NCBI GenBank assembly: GCA_007125915.1
Contig: SLCH01000011.1
Span: 924 to 64,923, forward strand
Length of the DNA stretch: 64,000 nt
Direction of reading: 5' to 3'
Origin: Syntrophobacteraceae bacterium
GTDB lineage: Bacteria > Desulfobacterota > Syntrophobacteria > Syntrophobacterales > Syntrophobacteraceae
How positions within the stretch are numbered: position 1 is the first letter of the stretch; each line of letters opens with the position of its first letter. Below the pieces are notes generated by a model that did no database searches, was not told where the DNA came from, and saw only the letters and a program-made list of their open reading frames with translations. A program made the position numbers and the translations under genes. Below, in pieces: positions 59,295 to 64,000 of the stretch.

Positions 59295-60296
59295 ATGTCT
59301 GCCAAAAACAGTGGTCCCCTGAAAACGGCCATGCTGCTCATGAGCTTGGGTGAGGAGGCCTCTTCCCGGGTGATGCAGCACCTGACCAGCGAGGAAATCA
59401 GGAAGCTGGGTGTGCATATGACCACCATATCCACCGTGAAGCGGGAAGTGGCCGACGAACTGCTCTCAGCTTTCATTGCGTCCCTGGGGCAGGAGTCCGA
59501 CCTGGTGGTGCCGGGTCAGCACTTCCTCAAGAACCTCCTGCCCAATGTCCTTGGGGATGAAGCGCAGGCAATGATGAGCAAAATTGAGCTCGAACGGGAA
59601 AAGATCCCTTTCAAGTACATCCAGGACATTGATGCCAAAGTTTTGGCAAATTTCATCAAGAGCGAGCATCCGCAGACCATCACCATCATCATGGCACACC
59701 TGAGCCGGGATAAGGCAAGTCAGGTGCTCCACTTTCTTCCCGAAGCCATCCAGTACGAAGTTGTGGACCGAATTGCCCAGCTGGAGATGGTGCCGCCGGA
59801 CCTGGTGCGGGAGGTGGACGAAGTTCTGGAAAAAGAATTGCTGTCTTTGGGGCAGGAAAGCCATCGCATTCTGGGGGGAATTCCCGCAGTGGCGGAAATA
59901 CTCAATATTTGTGACAAAAGAACGGGTGAAGGGATCCTGCAGCTCATGGAAGAGCGGGATGCGGAACTGGCGGAAAAAGTTCGCAAGCTCATGTTTGTTT
60001 TCGAAGATCTCGCTTCGGTCAACGACCAGGGGATTCGTGAACTGCTGAAAGAAGTGCGCAATGAGGAACTGACTCTGGCACTGAAGACCGCTTCCGATGA
60101 TTTGAAAGACAAAATGTTCAAGAACCTCTCCAAGCGTGCCAGCGAAATGCTTCAGGAGGACATGGCCGTGATGGGCCCCGTTCGATTGAGCGATGTGGAG
60201 GCTGCGCAGCAAAGCATTCTTCAGGTGGCCAGAAGGCTGGAGAAGGAAGGGCGCATCATTCTTGCCACGGGCGAAGGGGGAGACTCACTTGTGTAG
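59295..60296 (+). CDS. fliG: flagellar motor switch protein FliG
   Basis: KTAMLLMSLGEE..., MFVFEDL, and charged C-terminal torque helix region. Confidence 0.9.
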   Translation: MSAKNSGPLKTAMLLMSLGEEASSRVMQHLTSEEIRKLGVHMTTISTVKREVADELLSAFIASLGQESDLVVPGQHFLKNLLPNVLGDEAQAMMSKIELEREKIPFKYIQDIDAKVLANFIKSEHPQTITIIMAHLSRDKASQVLHFLPEAIQYEVVDRIAQLEMVPPDLVREVDEVLEKELLSLGQESHRILGGIPAVAEILNICDKRTGEGILQLMEERDAELAEKVRKLMFVFEDLASVNDQGIRELLKEVRNEELTLALKTASDDLKDKMFKNLSKRASEMLQEDMAVMGPVRLSDVEAAQQSILQVARRLEKEGRIILATGEGGDSLV

Positions 60297-61029
60297 TGTC
60301 ATTAAAAAACAAAGAGAAGTGGCGTTCGAGCGTTACGATTTCTACGAGATGCATTCTTTCCCTCACTGTTCCACTGACTGCTCCGCACCCTCGGAACCTG
60401 AGGGGAATGAAGTCCTGCACCAGGACAGGCCCGTCGAGGACTTTGCGCACCAGGAGATGGAGGCGACGCTTCGCCGGAAGCTTCAGGAAGCGGATCGCAG
60501 GGCCGAGGAAATTGAAAAGACCGCCTACGAAAAAGGTTATGCGCAAGGGCAGAAGGATGGATTTGACTACGGCATGAAGAGTGCGTCCATTGTGAAGGAG
60601 CAGCTTGAAGTCCTGTTTGCCGGCCTGAGGGCTCTTCCTGGGGAAATTCATCGCGACTACAGGGATTGGTTTGTTTCCACAGCCCTCGCCGTGGCCCGAA
60701 AAATCATAGACCGGGAAATCTCCATGGACCCAGGAATTCTCATCGGCATGATGGAAAGCCTTCTTCAGGAGGCGGAGGCAGATCAAAACATGGTGATTCG
60801 CGTGAATCCAAAAGACTTTGAACTTCTCAAAAACAACCTGGAATTTGAACGGTGGCTCACAAACAGCGGAGAGACCTTTTCAGTGAAACCGGATCCCGCA
60901 CTCCAGGCGGGAAGCTGTCGTTTCGAAAGTGACATTCAGCTCATCGATGATTCCGTGAAGAGTCAGCTGGAGATGATTGGGGAGCATTTCAATGCCATCA
61001 TGCAAGAGACCGAAGGCGGATCTCCATGA
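60289..61029 (+). CDS. fliH: flagellar assembly protein FliH (start uncertain)
   Basis: EEIEKTAYEKGYAQGQKDG motif. Sits between fliG and fliI. Confidence 0.7.
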   Translation: MCSVIKKQREVAFERYDFYEMHSFPHCSTDCSAPSEPEGNEVLHQDRPVEDFAHQEMEATLRRKLQEADRRAEEIEKTAYEKGYAQGQKDGFDYGMKSASIVKEQLEVLFAGLRALPGEIHRDYRDWFVSTALAVARKIIDREISMDPGILIGMMESLLQEAEADQNMVIRVNPKDFELLKNNLEFERWLTNSGETFSVKPDPALQAGSCRFESDIQLIDDSVKSQLEMIGEHFNAIMQETEGGSP

Positions 61030-62345
61030 TGGCGCACCATCCTGAGAACATGCCGGGTCCTGAGTCGCTGGTGTCCCTCGATTGTCGCCGCAGGTTCGGA
61101 AAAGTGGTTCACCTCGCAGGAAATATCATTGAGGCGGCCGGCTTGAGAGCATCTTTGGGCGAGATCTGCAGGATCATACCCGGAAATGATCATCCTCCCA
61201 TTTTTGCAGAAGTGGTGGGATTTCGAAAAAAGCAGTTGAAACTGAGTCCCTTGACTCCCCTCAGAGGAATCGGGCCGGGAGATCTGGTGGAAACACACCG
61301 GCGAGCCAGCCATATGGAGGTCAACGACGCTTTGCTGGGAAGGATTCTGGATGGAATGGGGCAACCCCTTGATGGAAAAGGCCCCTTAGGGCGCGGAGTG
61401 GCTTATCCTCTTGCCGGGATCATGACCAACTCCCTCGACCGGCCTCTCATTGGGGAGCAACTGGATGTGGGGATTCGATGCATCAATGGCCTTTTGCCTG
61501 TGGGCAAGGGGCAGCGCATGGGAATATTTTCGGGATCAGGTGTGGGCAAATCCACGCTGCTGGGCATGATAGCCAAGTACACCACCGCCGATGTGAATGT
61601 GATCGCCCTCATTGGAGAACGGGGACGGGAAGTGAACGAGTTTATCGCGCACGAATTGGGACCCGAAGGCTTGGCGCGCTCTGTCCTCATCATCGCCACT
61701 TCCGATCAGCCGGCTACGGTGCGCATGCGTGGTGCATACCTGGCTTGCGCTGTGGCTGAATATTTTCGGGATCGCGGGCGGGATGTCCTGTTCATGATGG
61801 ATTCAGTGACACGGTTCGCCATGGCGGCAAGGGAAGTGTACCTGTCTGCAGGGGAGCCTCCCACAAACAAGGGATACACGCCAGGGGTCTTCGCCCAGTT
61901 GCCGCAGTTGCTCGAGCGTGCGGGAAACTTTCCTGAAGCATCCATCACGGGCATCTATACGGTGCTGGTGGAGGGCGGGGACATGGAGGACCCCATTGCG
62001 GACAGTGTTCGCTCCATCCTGGATGGCCACGTTGTGCTGGACCGAAAGCTGACCCACAAGCACCACTATCCGGCCATCGACGTTTTGAGCAGCGTGAGCC
62101 GTCTCAGCGGGCGTCTTCTCACGGAAGTACAGAGGGATAGGGTGGCCAGGTTTGTGCAGATGCTCTCGCGCTACCACGAAGTGGAGGACATGATCCAAAT
62201 TGGTGCCTACTCACCCGGTCTGGACAGCAAAACCGATGAGGCGGTGAATCACATCGACCAGCTCAACGCATATCTTCGGCAAGGTGTTGGGGAGCGCTGC
62301 ACCATTGAAATGGCTCAAAGAAATCTAGAATCTCTCTTTGCGTAG
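61026..62345 (+). CDS. fliI: flagellum-specific ATPase FliI
   Basis: Walker A GSGVGKST, Walker B VLFMMDSVTR, F1-beta-like fold motifs. Confidence 0.9.
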   Translation: MMAHHPENMPGPESLVSLDCRRRFGKVVHLAGNIIEAAGLRASLGEICRIIPGNDHPPIFAEVVGFRKKQLKLSPLTPLRGIGPGDLVETHRRASHMEVNDALLGRILDGMGQPLDGKGPLGRGVAYPLAGIMTNSLDRPLIGEQLDVGIRCINGLLPVGKGQRMGIFSGSGVGKSTLLGMIAKYTTADVNVIALIGERGREVNEFIAHELGPEGLARSVLIIATSDQPATVRMRGAYLACAVAEYFRDRGRDVLFMMDSVTRFAMAAREVYLSAGEPPTNKGYTPGVFAQLPQLLERAGNFPEASITGIYTVLVEGGDMEDPIADSVRSILDGHVVLDRKLTHKHHYPAIDVLSSVSRLSGRLLTEVQRDRVARFVQMLSRYHEVEDMIQIGAYSPGLDSKTDEAVNHIDQLNAYLRQGVGERCTIEMAQRNLESLFA

Positions 62346-62353
62346 CGGTGGCC

Positions 62354-62791
62354 ATGGGTTTTCATTTTAGATTTTCCGCCCTGCTGAAACAAAGACGCTA
62401 TGAGCTGAAGCAGGCTCAGCTGGAACTGGCACGTGCCAGGCAAAGCCATGACCAGGCTTTGAGTGCCCAAAAGGAACTGGGAAAGAAAATCATTCTCTGG
62501 CAGGAGACGTGGCGGCGGGACCAGTCGAAGGGAATCACGGTGAACCAGCATCTGCTGTCAAGGGATTATCTTCTCTCTCTGGAAAGGGAACTGGATCGGG
62601 CGGATCTCAGGGCCGCTCAAAAGGCCAAGGAATTGGATGAGCGAATAGTCCACCTTCTTGAGTGCGAAAAAAAAGTCAAAATGCTGGAAATCCTTCAAGA
62701 GAAAGACCTGAACGCATTCAAGTCTGGATGTGCTCAGAGGGATCAGAAAATCTTGGATGAAATGGCCACTCTCCGCAGAGAAATCAGGTGA
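62354..62791 (+). CDS. fliJ: flagellar export chaperone FliJ
   Basis: About 145-aa coiled coil directly after fliI. FRFSALLKQRRYELKQAQ. Confidence 0.7.
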   Translation: MGFHFRFSALLKQRRYELKQAQLELARARQSHDQALSAQKELGKKIILWQETWRRDQSKGITVNQHLLSRDYLLSLERELDRADLRAAQKAKELDERIVHLLECEKKVKMLEILQEKDLNAFKSGCAQRDQKILDEMATLRREIR

Positions 62792-62797
62792 AAGACG

Positions 62798-63460
62798 ATG
62801 AAATCCAATGAAAAGAAGAAACAGAAAAAAGGCCGTGGCTGGAAACGGTCCATCAATTTCCTGCTGGTGGCCATCTTGGGAATACTGCTCTTCAAAGGTG
62901 TGGCAGCCCTGGGTTTTCTCTCTCACATCAAGGACATGCATGCAGCCTGGCTCGGCACAACCGAAGTCATGGCAGAAAATCAGAAAGACCAGGCACCGGA
63001 AGATTCGATGACCTTCCCGGTGAATGGAGATGGCCGTGAAAGGCACAGCCTTCTCGCGTCGTCGTCCCATTCCTTGTCTTACAGCAGCCAGTTGAAGATG
63101 CTGGAGAGACGCGAATCGGAACTGAGGCACCGGGAAAGGGAGCTTCAACAGAAAGAGGAACTGCTGAAGAAAATGGAAGAAGATGTTCAGCAGAAATTTG
63201 AAGCGCTGTCCGCCATCCAAAAGGAGATCCAGGAATTTCATGCAGAGAGGAGTTCCCAGCGGAACGCCAGAATCCGATCTCTTGTGAGGATATACGAAAG
63301 CATGAAACCCAGGGAGGCTGCCCAGCTTCTGGAAAATATGGAAGAACAGCTGGTGGTGAACATCATCGCCACCATGAACACGGAAGTGGCCGCAAGTATT
63401 CTGGCCTCCATGAGCACCCAGAAAGCTGCCAGAATTTCACAGGTGTTGAGCGCCCCATGA
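62798..63460 (+). CDS. MgtE-N/MotE-like flagellar accessory protein
   Basis: TM anchor, coiled coil, then IYESMKPREAAQLLENM....VNIIATM....AASILASM (MgtE_N-type repeats). Confidence 0.6.
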   Translation: MKSNEKKKQKKGRGWKRSINFLLVAILGILLFKGVAALGFLSHIKDMHAAWLGTTEVMAENQKDQAPEDSMTFPVNGDGRERHSLLASSSHSLSYSSQLKMLERRESELRHRERELQQKEELLKKMEEDVQQKFEALSAIQKEIQEFHAERSSQRNARIRSLVRIYESMKPREAAQLLENMEEQLVVNIIATMNTEVAASILASMSTQKAARISQVLSAP

Positions 63461-63834
63461 GGCTTCCAGCTGCCCCGGCCTGACCGGTCCTTCCCCCTTT
63501 CTTGCTTCATGACCGTCCATTATGAATTGCGTGATCATTAGGGATTGCCATGAGAATTGCCATTGGAAGGCGATTCCTCATGGAGTGTTTCAAAGGGACT
63601 CATCCCATTCCCCGTGCTGAGCTTCGCCTCCTGCCTTTGAGTGAGGATGCCGGGGGCGTGTGAGCTCAAAAGGCTGGTTCCCATTTTCCTTCCCCCAGTT
63701 TCCTTCCAATGGAAAGATCTTTCTGCCGAGCACAGAAGAAAATTTTTCCCCTCGGAACATCTCAGCAGCTTTTCCTGCCCTTCTCTCGTGATTCAAGGCT
63801 TTGAAATTTAATCACAAAAAGACAAAGTTAGAGC

Positions 63835-63850
63835 TGGCACTTAATTTGTA
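63835..63850 (+). promoter_or_regulatory. sigma-54 promoter
   Basis: TGGCAC-TTAAT-TTGTA, near consensus. Lies 59 nt upstream of ATG 63909. Confidence 0.55.
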
Positions 63851-63908
63851 TAAGCTCTTTGTAAAGAGTGAACGAATCCAAATAAAATCAAAGACAGGGT
63901 AAACGACA

Positions 63909-64000
63909 ATGGGAAGTCAACTCCTTGCAGCCCACCTGATGATGAGTTTCCTGACCGGTGCCAGGCAGGAAATCACTGAAAACCTTCAGGCTGGATCGTT
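63909..64000 (+). CDS. 5' end of an unidentified gene (possibly next flagellar gene), cut by window edge
   Basis: Open frame MGSQLLAAHLMMSFLTGARQEITENLQAGS.. after the sigma-54 promoter. Weak RBS. Confidence 0.3.
   Translation, partial: MGSQLLAAHLMMSFLTGARQEITENLQAGS

Overview
This 64-kb window has the gene content and roughly mid-50s % GC (by eye) of a deltaproteobacterial-type anaerobe (Thermodesulfobacteriota-like). This assignment is inferred from gene content, not from a search. It contains no rRNA genes, CRISPR arrays, transposases or integrases.

Gene content, left to right:
- A truncated zupT that is missing from the ORF track, plus small secreted proteins and tRNA-Leu(CAA).
- A corrinoid methyltransferase operon: MetH-activation-like protein, non-Pyl MttB, pterin-binding methyltransferase, corrinoid protein and a short MttB-like paralog.
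- A decayed tandem array of a [short MttB-like / AsnB / MBL hydrolase] unit.
- UspA, tRNA-Ala(GGC) and pepN.
- An 8-gene Mrp-type antiporter cluster with three large antiporter-like subunits.
- A signalling pair: a DHp-only protein followed by a PAS histidine kinase.
- ilvA, a second usp gene and a rhomboid protease.
- A long minus-strand cluster: four-subunit 2-oxoacid:ferredoxin oxidoreductase, HdrL-like giant flavoprotein, MvhD-HdrCB fusion and HdrA.
- A LonC-like protease and several small housekeeping genes.
- Two sigma-54 activators flanking a possible AMIN-like/TPR protein.
- A flagellar flgB-to-fliJ operon with recognisable sigma-54 promoters.

Most notable observations:
1. HdrA is one selenoprotein gene, split by the ORF track at an in-frame UGA that is followed by a SECIS-like hairpin.
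2. The oxidoreductase genes are physically and translationally coupled to Hdr-type genes.
3. DNA-level relics show that the MttB-like/AsnB/MBL unit was tandemly multiplied and then reciprocally deleted.

All functional calls come from reading motifs by eye. No database search was run.
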